Shown: in pieces, positions 8,347 through 19,279 of the stretch | Layout: the number at the start of each line of letters is the position of its first letter | Numbering within the stretch: position 1 is the stretch's first letter | Assembly: GCA_963737635.1 (NCBI GenBank) | Contig: CAVTTL010000001.1 | Coordinates: forward strand, 2,208,001-2,272,000 | Reading direction: 5' to 3' | Origin: an uncultured Methanoregulaceae archaeon | Lineage (GTDB): Archaea > Halobacteriota > Methanomicrobia > Methanomicrobiales > Methanospirillaceae | DNA length: 64,000 nucleotides | Made by a program: the position numbers and the translations under genes | Notes under the pieces: generated by a model | What the model saw: the letters and a program-made list of their open reading frames with translations, nothing else | What the model was told of the DNA's origin: nothing | Databases searched by the model: none

Positions 8347-9790
8347 GGGCCGGCTCCTCCACTCTCGTGTCTGATACTATTCGACCCTGGTTCATGGTGA
8401 TGATGCGGTCGGCGCAGTACCGTGCGATGTCCCGGTTATGGGTGATAACAACGACCGTATGCCCTTTCTGCTGGTGCTTCCTGAGGAGCTCAATCACAAG
8501 CCGCGCTTCTTCGCCGTCAAGGCCGGTCGTGGGCTCGTCAAGGACAATGATCTTTGGCTGCATGGCAACCACGCAGGCGATGGCAAGCCGCTGGCGCTCG
8601 CCCCGGGAAAGCCACCGGGGGTAAAGCATTTTGGTGTGCAGGAGGCCGGCATCTTCGAGTGCCGCATCGATAACGACGTCTTTGTTCCCGATGCCGAGGT
8701 TGTCAAGGCCAAAGGCGATCTCGTCCCGCACGGTATCGGCAAAGAACATGTGGTCCGGGTTCTGGAAGACCAGACCCACATCCCGGGCTAATTCGGTAAT
8801 CGTGGAGTCCCGGGTATTCCTGCCATTTATAATCACATCCCCGGTTGTCGGTGTGAGGAGGCGGTTGAACTGCCGGACAAGCGTGGTTTTGCCGGAACCG
8901 TTCTCCCCGACAATGGCAACAAATTCACCGGCACCGATACTCAAGGAAACGTCATGCAGGGCCGGCACATCACCATACGAATAGGAAAGGTTCCGGACGG
9001 CAATGACCGGGGGTGCATCAACCGGTAAAGCAGGGGAGGAACCGTGGTTCCTGATCCCGGAAAAATCCGGGATGACCATGTTTCTGATCCGTTCATCCTT
9101 GAGCTCTTCGTCGGGTGCGCCGATCGCTGAAATGGTGCCATGCTCCATCACCACAAGGGTATCAACGATTTCTTTGAATTGGTCGTATTTGTGCTCAACG
9201 ATGAGGAGGGTTTTTCCCTGACTCTTGAGGTTTGAGAGAATCTCCACGATCCGCCGGGTCGCGTGCTCGTCCAGCTCTGAGGTTGGTTCATCGAGGATCA
9301 GGACGTCGTTTCCCAGCGCAAGCGTCGCGGCAAGGGCGACACGCTGCTTCTGGCCCCCGGAGAGGTTGTGAGGGGAACGGTCTTTCAATGCCGAGAGGTA
9401 CGTAACCTCCATGATCGCGGCAAGGCGGCGTTCAATCTCGTCAGGGGCAAGACCCCGGTACTCGAGCGCGGAGAGGATCTCCTCTTCGACGGTCGTAAAG
9501 ATCATCTGCGCCTCGGCGTCGTCAAAAACGATCCCGATGGTTCTGGCGATATCGGATAAACCGGCGTAATCCGCGACGTTTTTGCCGTTGATGGTAACAA
9601 GGCCGGCTTTTTTCCCGCCGTACTCATGGGAAAGGATGCCGCACGCTGCAAGGCAGAGCGTGGTCTTTCCGGCGCCGGAAGGGCCGGTGACCATAATACA
9701 CCGGCCTTTCTCTAAAACAAGGGACAAACGGTGCAGGGCCTCCTGCACCGTGTGCGGATAGGTGTAACTGACGTCAGAGAGTTCGATCAT
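8339..9790 (-). CDS. ECF transporter ATPase with two fused ABC domains
   Basis: Two Walker A motifs (GPSGAGKT, GENGSGKT); LSGGQKQR and LSRGERQR signatures. Confidence 0.92.
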   Translation of the reverse strand: MIELSDVSYTYPHTVQEALHRLSLVLEKGRCIMVTGPSGAGKTTLCLAACGILSHEYGGKKAGLVTINGKNVADYAGLSDIARTIGIVFDDAEAQMIFTTVEEEILSALEYRGLAPDEIERRLAAIMEVTYLSALKDRSPHNLSGGQKQRVALAATLALGNDVLILDEPTSELDEHATRRIVEILSNLKSQGKTLLIVEHKYDQFKEIVDTLVVMEHGTISAIGAPDEELKDERIRNMVIPDFSGIRNHGSSPALPVDAPPVIAVRNLSYSYGDVPALHDVSLSIGAGEFVAIVGENGSGKTTLVRQFNRLLTPTTGDVIINGRNTRDSTITELARDVGLVFQNPDHMFFADTVRDEIAFGLDNLGIGNKDVVIDAALEDAGLLHTKMLYPRWLSRGERQRLAIACVVAMQPKIIVLDEPTTGLDGEEARLVIELLRKHQQKGHTVVVITHNRDIARYCADRIITMNQGRIVSDTRVEEPAHG

Positions 9791-10314
9791 TCCGATCCTC
9801 GTACGAGCACCCTGCTTGAGGGGAGGTAGAGGATCTGGACGATAATCGCATTAAATACTGCCGTTATGACAACGATGGGGATAAAGACAATGACGAAGGC
9901 CCCGAGACTGCCGTGAAACGCGGCAAGGATGGTCGCAGTCACACAGAGGATCGCGATCGCGGCAAACGAGAAACCGCTTACGAGCGTCGCAATAAACGTG
10001 GTCACGGTTGGGGCAAGCTTTGTCCGTGACGAAAGGAGTGCATAGAGGCCAAAGCAGGTTAGTGCACCCAGCGGTTCGCTGATGAGGTTTGCCGGGGGAA
10101 ATATCGAACTGGATATGAGCATCGACAGGAGACCGGCAACGATCCCGATCCCCAGTGCCTCATAGACTTTAGGCCGGATAAGGATGATTGCAAGACAGTA
10201 GAACGCGATGATCATGTTGGGCGTCAGCGGCGTATGGAGCATTGCAAGGAAATACCGCAGGATCGCACCGACAGCAAGAAGGATGCCGACTATGGCAATA
10301 TCTTTTGACTTCAT
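9787..10314 (-). CDS. ECF transporter S component (TrpP/MtsT-like, substrate uncertain)
   Basis: ~5-6 TM helices; first gene of an overlapping S-A-T operon. Confidence 0.75.
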   Translation of the reverse strand: MKSKDIAIVGILLAVGAILRYFLAMLHTPLTPNMIIAFYCLAIILIRPKVYEALGIGIVAGLLSMLISSSIFPPANLISEPLGALTCFGLYALLSSRTKLAPTVTTFIATLVSGFSFAAIAILCVTATILAAFHGSLGAFVIVFIPIVVITAVFNAIIVQILYLPSSRVLVRGSE

Positions 10315-10517
10315 GGAACTTCACACCAGTAATATCGAAAGGTACTCCGCGAAAACACACGACGTGCTATCAGTATCGCCGGCAGAACGGCAATTGAGGC
10401 TATACCTTAATGTATAATTTTGTTCATTGATGTATTAAAATGTAACTTTATCGCTGCGAACGTTTTCCCATATCCCTTTAACCCCGTAAACGATACGCAA
10501 TATACGGAAATCCTATC

Positions 10518-11132
10518 ATGAGACTACTCATCCTGTATTATTCTCAGTTCGGCCATATCCACCGCATGGCACAGGCAGAGGCAGAAGGAGCCCGAAGCGT
10601 TCCAGGGACTGAAGTGGCACTAATGCGCGTCCCGGAAACGCTGCCGCAGGACGTACTCGAAAAGACCGGGGCCGCCGGGTTCCAGAAGGAATTTGCAAAG
10701 GTGCCGGTCTGCACACCAAGGGATATGACCGAATTCGATGCGATCATCTTTGGGACACCCACACGTTTTGGGAATATGTGCGGCCAGATGCGGCAGTTTT
10801 TTGATGCGACCGGCGGTATCTGGAAGGCAGGGGCATTGGCCGGTAAAGTCGGAAGCGTTTTTACCAGCTCGGGTACCCAGCATGGCGGCCAGGAATCAAC
10901 TATCTTAAGTGTCCACATGACCCTTCTCCACCACGGCATGATTATTGTCGGCCTGCCATACACGTTTGAAGAGCAGACCCGGAGTGATGTGGTGATGGGC
11001 TGCTCCCCGTACGGTGCATCAACCATTGCGGGAAATGACGGGAAACGGTGGCCAAGCGAACCAGAGTCTGCGGGCGCCCGGTACCAGGGACGGCACGTCG
11101 CGGAGATCGCAACGAAGCTCGCCCGGAAATAA
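10518..11132 (+). CDS. wrbA: NAD(P)H:quinone oxidoreductase WrbA
   Basis: [36 protein letters not shown]. Confidence 0.93.
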   Translation: MRLLILYYSQFGHIHRMAQAEAEGARSVPGTEVALMRVPETLPQDVLEKTGAAGFQKEFAKVPVCTPRDMTEFDAIIFGTPTRFGNMCGQMRQFFDATGGIWKAGALAGKVGSVFTSSGTQHGGQESTILSVHMTLLHHGMIIVGLPYTFEEQTRSDVVMGCSPYGASTIAGNDGKRWPSEPESAGARYQGRHVAEIATKLARK

Positions 11133-11235
11133 CGGTCTCTTTCTCAAATAAGACGAGGATGAGTTAAGCCTGTATTTTCCCAGGGAGAAGGTTCATTAGG
11201 TTTCGTTACGCTCTTTTCGTTAAGGAAGAGACACT

Positions 11236-12447
11236 ATGCCAGGCACCGCCGACCGTGACGAGATCTACTGGGAATCACTTGCGCTGCACGCACGGCATCA
11301 CGGGAAGCTGGAGATCCGGTCCAAGGTCCCGTTCAGGAACCGGTACGACCTCTCCCGCGCCTATACTCCTGGCGTAACAGAGGTCTGCCGCAGGATCGGG
11401 CAGGACAAGAACCTCGCATACCGTTATACTCTCAAAGGGAACACTATTGCAATCGTGACTGACGGTTCGGCGGTTCTTGGCCTTGGGAATATCGGCGGCC
11501 TTGCCGCCATCCCGGTGATGGAGGGAAAAGCGATCCTCTTTAAAGAATTCGCCGGGATCGACGCGTTTCCTATCTGTTTTGAGAATTACGAGACCGATTT
11601 TATCGACCAGGTAAAAAATATTGCCCCGGTCTTTGGCGGAATTAATCTCGAGGATATCGCTGCGCCCAAATGCTTCGAGGTTGAAGACGCTCTGCAGGAT
11701 ATCGGCATACCCGTCATGCATGACGACCAGCACGGCACCGCGGTGGTTGTCCTCGCCGGATTGCTGAATGCCTGCCGGGTCACCGGCCGGAGATTTGAAG
11801 ATCTCAATATTGTGGTCTGCGGGGCCGGGGCGGCGGGCTACTCTATCACCCGGCTTCTCAAGTGTATCGGTTACGATCCGCTTGTCTGCACGATGGTACG
11901 CGAGATTACGGTCTGCGACACCAGCGGGATCATCCACCGCCGTCGTGAAGGCCTCTACCAGAACAAGTACAAGTTTATCTTAAGCCAGGTGACCAACCAT
12001 GCCGGCAGACGGTTCGCTTGCCGATGCGATGGAAGGAGCGGATGCCGTTATCGGTGTCTCGAGTCCGGGGATCATCACCCAGGCGATGATCCGATCGATG
12101 AATAAGGATCCCATTGTCTTTGCGATGGCTAACCCGGTGCCGGAGATTTGGCCGGATGCAGCAACTGCAGCAGGCGCGGCTGTCGTTGGTACCGCCGCAG
12201 CGATTTTCCAAACCAGATCAACAATGTGCTCGCATTCCCGGGCATATTCCGGGGGGCGCTGGATGCGTGTGCCACCCGGATCTCCGACGAAATGAAGGTG
12301 GCTGCGGCTCATGCGATCGCCGGGTGCGTCCACAAACCGCATCGGGGACATATCCTGCCAAGCATCCTCAACAGAAACGTGACCCGGGCCGTGGCTCAGG
12401 CTGTGGCAGAGGCAGCAGAATCCTCCGGCTGCAAACGGGCAATCTGA
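11236..12447 (+). CDS. NAD(P)-dependent malic enzyme; two frameshifts (~12010, ~12194)
   Basis: [43 protein letters not shown]; continues in other frames as [10 protein letters not shown] and [20 protein letters not shown]. Confidence 0.88.
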
Positions 12448-12469
12448 GCAACCTTTCTGGCTGGCAAGT

Positions 12470-12874
12470 CTATCCATAGCCGGTGATCTCGTAATCGATC
12501 CCGGTTGAATTCTTCGCACACTCTTTCCCGTGAAGAAGCACTTCGTCAACTATTTTTTTGAGGAGGGCAGGATACACCGCACCTATCATTTCCTGAACCG
12601 GCTTGCCCAAACAGAAAAATTTGAATGGGGGAGTGCTCCGCACGCCATACCGCTCGGCCGTCCACGGGTTGATAAGAATATTGAGCCGGACGAACGTGAC
12701 GGTCTCCCGGTATTCGGCCGCATAATTCCTGAAATAGGGCTCAATCTGGTGACAGAACGGGCAGATCGGACTGTAAAACATGACCGCCACGGGTTTTTTC
12801 TCTTTCTCTACAAGCGCTTCCCATGTCTGGTCTGATACTTCAGGAAGCGAGTCCGGGGATTCTGTGCCAGCCAT
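12470..12874 (-). CDS. Thioredoxin-family protein
   Basis: FYSPICPFC CxxC motif; thioredoxin-fold pattern. Confidence 0.85.
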   Translation of the reverse strand: MAGTESPDSLPEVSDQTWEALVEKEKKPVAVMFYSPICPFCHQIEPYFRNYAAEYRETVTFVRLNILINPWTAERYGVRSTPPFKFFCLGKPVQEMIGAVYPALLKKIVDEVLLHGKECAKNSTGIDYEITGYG

Positions 12875-13160
12875 CGTGCCACCACGCATGTTGAGATGTG
12901 AAAATCCTGATGATATAGTTTATCCTGACACCGTGTCCAACCGGGACCGGTTTTCGCCAGAGAAAAGGAACAACAATGACGAAAAGTTCCTCCGATTCAA
13001 TTTTTCCTAAGAATCCGGTGGCTTATTGCTATGCTGTACCGAATTCTTTATTGTGGATTACCGGGATAGGGTACTGAATTGGCTATAGGGATTACCATAA
13101 TGCCCCGCGATACCCTCTTTTCATCCGGCCCCACAAAAGAAAGCACCGCGGTGATGTAGC

Positions 13161-15074
13161 GTGGTAAAACGGTATCTCTCCCTTATCTCCTTTGACGAGG
13201 CGCTGCGTCTCCTTAAAAGTTCGTTTGCGATTCCCGGACGAACAGAATCCATTCCGGTCACCCGGGCGCTGGGACGGGCAATTGCTACCCCTCTCTATGC
13301 CCGGTATTCGGTGCCTGAAGTCAACCTCGCGGCAATGGACGGCATCGCCGTAAAAAGCCGGGACACGTTTGGGGCAACGGATCAATGCCCGGTAACCCTT
13401 GACGATGTTGCCCGGGTCAATACCGGCAATATTCTCCCCCCAGAGTTCGATGCCGTCATCATGATCGAAGATACGTGGGAGGACAAAGGGCATTTCCAGA
13501 TCCGTAAAGCCGCAGTCCCGTGGCAGCACGTGCGGCCTGCCGGAGAAGATATCAGGGAAGGCAGGCTCGTCCTCCCGAAGGGACATGTGGTGCGGGCCTT
13601 TGATATCGGGGCGCTTGCAACCTACGGTATCGCCGAAGTGGAGGTGACATCAGCGCGGGTGGGAATTATCCCGACCGGGAGCGAACTTGTCCCCCTTGGC
13701 GTCCGGCCACAGCCCGGGCAGGTCGTGGAAAGTAATACTATCATGGCGCAGGTGCTCCTCGAATCGATGGGAGCTTCGTGCGAGCGCCTGCCGATTGTCC
13801 GCGATGAACCTGATCTTATACAGGAAGCGCTGCGCCATGCTGCAGAAAAAAACGACCTGGTCATGATCTCCGCCGGGTCGTCTGCCGGTACCCGGGATTT
13901 TACTGCGGGCGCGATCTCGGCAACCGGTGAGCTGATTTTCCACGGTGTTGCCGTCAAGCCGGGCAAGCCCATGATGCTTGGGAAGATCCACGATACGCCG
14001 GTCATCGGGTTGCCGGGCTACCCGCTCGCCGCCCAGACCGTTCTGCGGGAATTTGCCGTGCCGCTTCTCGAATATTGGGGACTTGCACCGTTCCCTACCT
14101 ATGCGGTCCGTGCACGGCTTGCGACCTCACTCTCTTCCGATCTCGGCTTTGACGAATTTGTCCCGGTATCGGTCGGGAGGATCAAGGACCAGTACTGGGG
14201 GATTGCCCGTTCCCGGGGTGCAGTCGTGCAGATGTCGACAGTCAGGTCAAACGGTTACACACATATCCCGGCACCTGTGGAAGGGTACGAAGCTGAGCAT
14301 GAACTGGAGGTCTTTTTGACAACCGACCCGGCAAACATCGAGCGAACCCTTATCTTCTCCGGTGCGATCGACCCGGTCCTTGAAGAGCTCGGAAACCTCG
14401 CCCACGACCAGGGTCTTTTCATCCACACGGCAAGCGCCGGCAACACCAGCGCGATTTTGTCGCTCATACGGAACTCCTGTCATGCCGCACCGATGAGCCT
14501 TCCGGCATTCTCCGTCATGAAAGAATGCAGGACCCTCCTGCCGTACCTGGAATCGATGGACCTGGTCTTTGTCAATATTGCGACCCAGGAGCAGGGCATC
14601 GTCTCGGTAAAAGAAGTCCGGCCTGACGCTCTTGATGCCGTCTGCTGGGTCAATTCCCGCAAGGACACTCCGGCCCGGCATCTCTTCGATGCCCTGCTCT
14701 CAGCCCATCACTTAGAGCCAACCCGGATCCGGGGCTACGATAATGAAGCGGCGACTCCGGGGGCCGTTGCCGCAGCGGTCCGGGCCGGCCAGGCCGACGC
14801 CGGGATCTGTTCGCAGGGTCTTGCAGCATCCCACGGTCTCCTGTTCTTACCGGTCGCAGAGGAACAGTACGAACTGGTAATGCGCCGGGAAATGCTTGAA
14901 GATCCCCGGATAGTCACGCTCATTGGTCTGGTGAAAAGCCCGGCCTTTAAAGCCCATCTCGACCGGTCAGGTGCCTACAGTACCACCCTGACCGGCAGGA
15001 TCCGGAGCCTTTCCTGCGACACCATTGAGATCCCGACACCTTCATCCTGCAACCCGTACGCGGGAACGGGATAA
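13161..15074 (+). CDS. moeA: Molybdopterin molybdo/tungstotransferase MoeA fused to a PBP domain
   Basis: AAMDGIAV, IIPTGSEL, SAGSSAG.RD, VKPGKP, GLPGYP; C-terminal PBP-like domain. Confidence 0.92.
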   Translation: MVKRYLSLISFDEALRLLKSSFAIPGRTESIPVTRALGRAIATPLYARYSVPEVNLAAMDGIAVKSRDTFGATDQCPVTLDDVARVNTGNILPPEFDAVIMIEDTWEDKGHFQIRKAAVPWQHVRPAGEDIREGRLVLPKGHVVRAFDIGALATYGIAEVEVTSARVGIIPTGSELVPLGVRPQPGQVVESNTIMAQVLLESMGASCERLPIVRDEPDLIQEALRHAAEKNDLVMISAGSSAGTRDFTAGAISATGELIFHGVAVKPGKPMMLGKIHDTPVIGLPGYPLAAQTVLREFAVPLLEYWGLAPFPTYAVRARLATSLSSDLGFDEFVPVSVGRIKDQYWGIARSRGAVVQMSTVRSNGYTHIPAPVEGYEAEHELEVFLTTDPANIERTLIFSGAIDPVLEELGNLAHDQGLFIHTASAGNTSAILSLIRNSCHAAPMSLPAFSVMKECRTLLPYLESMDLVFVNIATQEQGIVSVKEVRPDALDAVCWVNSRKDTPARHLFDALLSAHHLEPTRIRGYDNEAATPGAVAAAVRAGQADAGICSQGLAASHGLLFLPVAEEQYELVMRREMLEDPRIVTLIGLVKSPAFKAHLDRSGAYSTTLTGRIRSLSCDTIEIPTPSSCNPYAGTG

Positions 15075-15146
15075 CCGCTGCCATTTTATAGGGCGCTTGC
15101 GGATGTTCCTGCATGGACTTAATGCACAAGAGGACGGGTCGTTTCT

Positions 15147-16577
15147 ATGGATATGCTTATTAACGGATCGGCAGCTCCTGCGGCCGATGCAGCGTGGATC
15201 GACGTGATCAACCCGGCTACCGGCGAATCTGTCGACCGTGTCCCACGGGGATCCACAGTGGACGTGGATGCGGCGGTCGATGCGGCAGAGGAGGCATTTG
15301 GTTCATGGTCGGAAAAGACTATGAGGGACCGCGGGCTTGTCCTTTCCCGCGCCGCAGAGCTGGTACGCCGGGATCACAAGGCACTTGCAGAGATCCTTAC
15401 CCGTGAGCAGGGTAAACCGCTGCGTGAGTCGATCGATGAGGTCCGGGGATGTGCAAACATCCTCGAATACTATGCCTCTATCGCCGGGCAGCCTGCCGGT
15501 GAGACTGTGCATCTGGGTAAGGCCGGGGACTGCCTGGTAACCCGGGTCCCGCTCGGGGTGTGCGGTGCGATCATTCCCTGGAATATGCCGGTGATCATCA
15601 TGGGCTGGAAAGTGGGGCCGGCACTGCTTGCCGGAAATACCCTCGTCCTCAAGCCGGCGTCAACGACACCGCTCACGAACCTCAGGATTGCCGGGCTTAT
15701 GCAGGAAGCTGGACTGCCAGCCGGGGTACTGAATGTGGTAACCGGTCCGGGAGAGACGGTGGGAGAGGCGCTGGTACAGCACCCGAAAGTAAAAAAGATC
15801 TCCTTTACCGGGAACGGTGAAACCGGCCACCGGATACGGAAGATGGCCGGAGATCACCTCAAAACGCTCACGCTGGAACTGGGAGGGTCTGACCCGATGA
15901 TCGTGATGGCTGATGCGGATATCCCAAAGGCAGTCGAAGGAGCGCTTCGAGGCCGTTTCTATAACGCCGGCCAAGTATGCACCGCTGTTAAACGGCTGTA
16001 CCTGCACGAGAAAATTGCCGGGGAGTTCATGCGCCTGCTTACTGCCAAAGTGGAAGCCATGAAAATCGGCAATGGTCTCCTGCCGGGAACGGACATGGGG
16101 CCGCTCAACAGCCCGGGCCAGCGGGACCGGATCGCTGCGGTTGTACAGGAGGTCACCGACCGTGAGGAGGGGACAATCCTCACCGGTGGCTGTCCGTTAA
16201 CGGGGCAGGAATACGCACACGGCTTCTTCTATCATCCGACCCTGATTTCTGATGTTGCCCCGGATGCCACGGTGTTCAAAAACGAAATCTTCGGGCCGGT
16301 GCTGCCGATGATGACAGTCCCGGATCTCGGCACGGCTATCCGGGAGGCAAACCGGTCACGCTACGGTCTTGGCGCCTCGGTCTGGACGCGGGATCTCTCC
16401 ACAACAAAAGAGGTGTTCCGGAATGTCCATGCCGGGATCATCTGGGTGAACCGCCACCTCACCATCCCCCCCGAAGTGCCGTTTGGCGGGACAAACGAGA
16501 GCGGGATTGGCAGGGAAAACGGTTTTCACGCGATGGACAGTTACTCGCAGACAAAAACGCTGTTCCTGGGATGGTAA
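15147..16577 (+). CDS. NAD-dependent aldehyde dehydrogenase
   Basis: IIPWN, LKPA, FTG, LELGG, GQVC, EIFGP motifs. Confidence 0.95.
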   Translation: MDMLINGSAAPAADAAWIDVINPATGESVDRVPRGSTVDVDAAVDAAEEAFGSWSEKTMRDRGLVLSRAAELVRRDHKALAEILTREQGKPLRESIDEVRGCANILEYYASIAGQPAGETVHLGKAGDCLVTRVPLGVCGAIIPWNMPVIIMGWKVGPALLAGNTLVLKPASTTPLTNLRIAGLMQEAGLPAGVLNVVTGPGETVGEALVQHPKVKKISFTGNGETGHRIRKMAGDHLKTLTLELGGSDPMIVMADADIPKAVEGALRGRFYNAGQVCTAVKRLYLHEKIAGEFMRLLTAKVEAMKIGNGLLPGTDMGPLNSPGQRDRIAAVVQEVTDREEGTILTGGCPLTGQEYAHGFFYHPTLISDVAPDATVFKNEIFGPVLPMMTVPDLGTAIREANRSRYGLGASVWTRDLSTTKEVFRNVHAGIIWVNRHLTIPPEVPFGGTNESGIGRENGFHAMDSYSQTKTLFLGW

Positions 16578-16592
16578 AAAGAGATTGCTTAC

Positions 16593-17654
16593 TTAAGTAC
16601 GCCTACAGAAGAGGAAAACGACGGCAATACTCCCCAGACATAGTGCCACCGGCACCGGGGCGCTTTGTGTAGTGGAAGAGATAGTGGTAGTGGCAGGTAC
16701 CGACGTAACCGGCACGCTCGTAGGACTATCTGCGGTCACCGGTGGCATGGATGGCGTAACGGTAGTAGATACGAGTGCAGGAATGCTGCAGGTCTCCCCT
16801 GAGCTGTTGCATTCGACCGTAAAAGAGGTGGATGCGGTCACAGATTGTACTATCCCAGAGACGGTCACCAGGTACTCGCCTGGCGTAAAAGAAGAGGCGT
16901 CCGTGGTAAAAGACCAGAAATTCTTCCCGCCGCTACCGGGCATCACCGTTACCATGCCTCCTGCACCGGAAAAGCCGGTCGGCTGGGTTTTTTCTGCCGG
17001 GGTATACGTGGAGGAAATAATATTGACAAGCAGGTTATCGCCTGCGGCAAGGCTTGTAGTACCGTTTATCGTAAGATTTCCGCCCTGCTGCAGATTACCG
17101 ATCGGCACGATGGAGACCGCCGGGGGACTGACCATGAAGGTAGTCAGGGCAAACGTATCGTCTATATCCTGGCTTGCTATTGCGTTTACCAGTGCGGTCG
17201 CGGAAGCCGGGCTCTGGAGACTTCCGCTGCCGGAGAACTGGTAAAGGTCCTTACCGGTCACGACATTTTTCACCATTCCCGATGAGGTATCATAGACGAC
17301 ATCGAACCTTCCGTTCTCCATGGGATGCTGGACAAGAACAAAATACTGTCCACTCGCGAGGTTCGCGGTATCCGTTCCCTGGAGGTCATATTGGTAGGTA
17401 TCGTCATTATTGACCTGCACGCTTGTGACCTTCGCAAAATTGTTTCCGATAAACCAGATCTGGAGGCCGACCTGAGGCTGGCCGGTGGCAATCCCGCTGA
17501 TATAGACGGGATCCCCTTGTGCGATGGTGGCAATCGACGATGTACTCCCAGGTGAAAGGGTGAGCGCTGTCGCGCAGGGAATGATCAATGCAACGGCAAG
17601 CAGCAGAAGGCAGGTTAACCGGTATGTATTCCCGGTAAGAGGGGAAGAGTTCAT
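16593..17654 (-). CDS. Cell-surface glycoprotein (DUF3821-related Ig-like) with a C-terminal sorting-like TM
   Basis: Signal peptide; GQYFVLVQHPM; GTTSLAAGDNL repeat; Thr-rich linker; TQSAPVP-TM-RR. Confidence 0.75.
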   Translation of the reverse strand: MNSSPLTGNTYRLTCLLLLAVALIIPCATALTLSPGSTSSIATIAQGDPVYISGIATGQPQVGLQIWFIGNNFAKVTSVQVNNDDTYQYDLQGTDTANLASGQYFVLVQHPMENGRFDVVYDTSSGMVKNVVTGKDLYQFSGSGSLQSPASATALVNAIASQDIDDTFALTTFMVSPPAVSIVPIGNLQQGGNLTINGTTSLAAGDNLLVNIISSTYTPAEKTQPTGFSGAGGMVTVMPGSGGKNFWSFTTDASSFTPGEYLVTVSGIVQSVTASTSFTVECNSSGETCSIPALVSTTVTPSMPPVTADSPTSVPVTSVPATTTISSTTQSAPVPVALCLGSIAVVFLFCRRT

Positions 17655-17858
17655 GAAAAGGACTTCCTTTACTTTCGTGATATTATCCTTGTCTGGTATA
17701 TATCAGATCGTTCTGCCTTAGTGTGGCGTACTCATTAAAAAAGTCGCTTCCTTTCCTGGTTTTACGCCGGAAGACCCTCTTCTGCAAAAACGCATCGGCC
17801 CCGAACGCCGGATACAAAGAATATAAGATTTAAGGAGACGCGCCTCCAAGTACTATGC

Positions 17859-18497
17859 ATGGAAAAAGGACACATGCACCACCACGCCGACGACTTTGAC
17901 GCCCGCATTATGGCCTGCGGGGTTCCTGAGCCAATGAGAACCTACCTTTCCCGGTGCGCACAATTCCACTCGTCACCGGCACCGGGACTTCTCGTCGGCG
18001 CCTTCATGGTGGATTATGCCCTTGAACTGCTGGGTGCAAGCCCGGACGAGAAACTCTTTGCAGTCTGCGAAACGCCAAAATGCCTTCCCGATGCACCACA
18101 AGTGATCGCCCACTGTACGGCCGGCAACGGCCGGCTTAAGGTGCTCCCTATCGGCAGGTTTGCCCTGAGCCTGAACAAATCCACCGACAATCCCACAGCA
18201 GATGCGGTCAGGGTTTTTGTCGATATGGATAAGATACAGCAATTCCCGGTAATTGACCTATGGTTCTCGAACAGTCTACAATTCAATAAACATACTCAGG
18301 GAACCGATCTTCAGGAGCAGATCTTTGTCGCCGGAAGAAAGATTCTGTCCTCTGAAAAGGTGAAGGTACCAGTGACGTTCAAAGAGCCATGGAAACCGGT
18401 GGTCTGTCCATCCTGCAAAGAAACCGTGCCGGATTACCTGGTTGTCGACGGAAAATGCGGTGCCTGTGGCCCGATGAAATATTACGTGAAGACCTAA
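17859..18497 (+). CDS. FmdE-family protein with a C-terminal Zn ribbon
   Basis: FHSSPAPG, CETPKCLPDA, CTAGNGRL, CPSC...CGAC. Confidence 0.88.
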   Translation: MEKGHMHHHADDFDARIMACGVPEPMRTYLSRCAQFHSSPAPGLLVGAFMVDYALELLGASPDEKLFAVCETPKCLPDAPQVIAHCTAGNGRLKVLPIGRFALSLNKSTDNPTADAVRVFVDMDKIQQFPVIDLWFSNSLQFNKHTQGTDLQEQIFVAGRKILSSEKVKVPVTFKEPWKPVVCPSCKETVPDYLVVDGKCGACGPMKYYVKT

Positions 18498-18567
18498 ACG
18501 TGAGAGCGGTCTTTGGTTAATCTCAAAAAACAGCCCGTTCCAAAAAAAAAGTTCAAATCTCCGTCAT

Positions 18568-19092
18568 TTACCAGAACTCATCGTTGAGTTCTTTTATTAC
18601 TGCCGTTGCAAAGTCCTTTGCCACAGCCGGGCCGTTTGCTGTAATGATCCTGCTGTCAGTCACCACAGGCTGGCTGACAAGGACCGCCTTTCCTTTCTTC
18701 ATCTCAAGTACAGCAACAGGGCTCTCATAGACGGTCGCTTTCTTCTGCTTAAGGATCCCGGCCTTTGCAAGAACTACCGGGCCAAGGCAGATCGCACCGA
18801 CGACTTTGCCAGTCTCATGGAAATAGACCGTGAGAGGCACAAGCAGATCGTCGTCCCAAAGGTACGACTGGCACCCGGCACCTCCGATAATGATGAGGCC
18901 ACTATAATTTTTCGGGTCTATGTCATCAAATGCAATGCCGGCGACCGTTTTCCCGCCGAGCATTCCTGTACAGGTGCCGGGCCTGGTTGACGCGATATCA
19001 AACGTGATCCCGGCTTTGGTAAAGGCCGCGAGCGGTTCGGCCAGTTCTTCATCGCGATATTTTTCCGGTGCAATGGCAACAATTACTTTCAT
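18568..19092 (-). CDS. DJ-1/PfpI-family protein
   Basis: YRDEEL, IIGGAG, AICLGP nucleophile, ITANGP; start reassigned to MKVIVAI. Confidence 0.9.
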   Translation of the reverse strand: MKVIVAIAPEKYRDEELAEPLAAFTKAGITFDIASTRPGTCTGMLGGKTVAGIAFDDIDPKNYSGLIIIGGAGCQSYLWDDDLLVPLTVYFHETGKVVGAICLGPVVLAKAGILKQKKATVYESPVAVLEMKKGKAVLVSQPVVTDSRIITANGPAVAKDFATAVIKELNDEFW

Positions 19093-19279
19093 TGTAATCC
19101 GGGATGTTCTTTCTTCATATTTGAGGATTGGCAAAGAATCCGTTGAAAACATGTCACCAGAAAAGGTGTACATATGAGAAAACGTGGCCGGAACATCAGG
19201 GTTTCCCGTGCCGTTTTCACGTGCCTGCAAGCGTTTATCCGCATGCCCCGCCAACAGAGAGCAGCAAAATAACCATCCT

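Noticed and set aside
12900-13160. Possible Moco riboswitch upstream of moeA
   Set aside because: No recognisable consensus and only weak pairing
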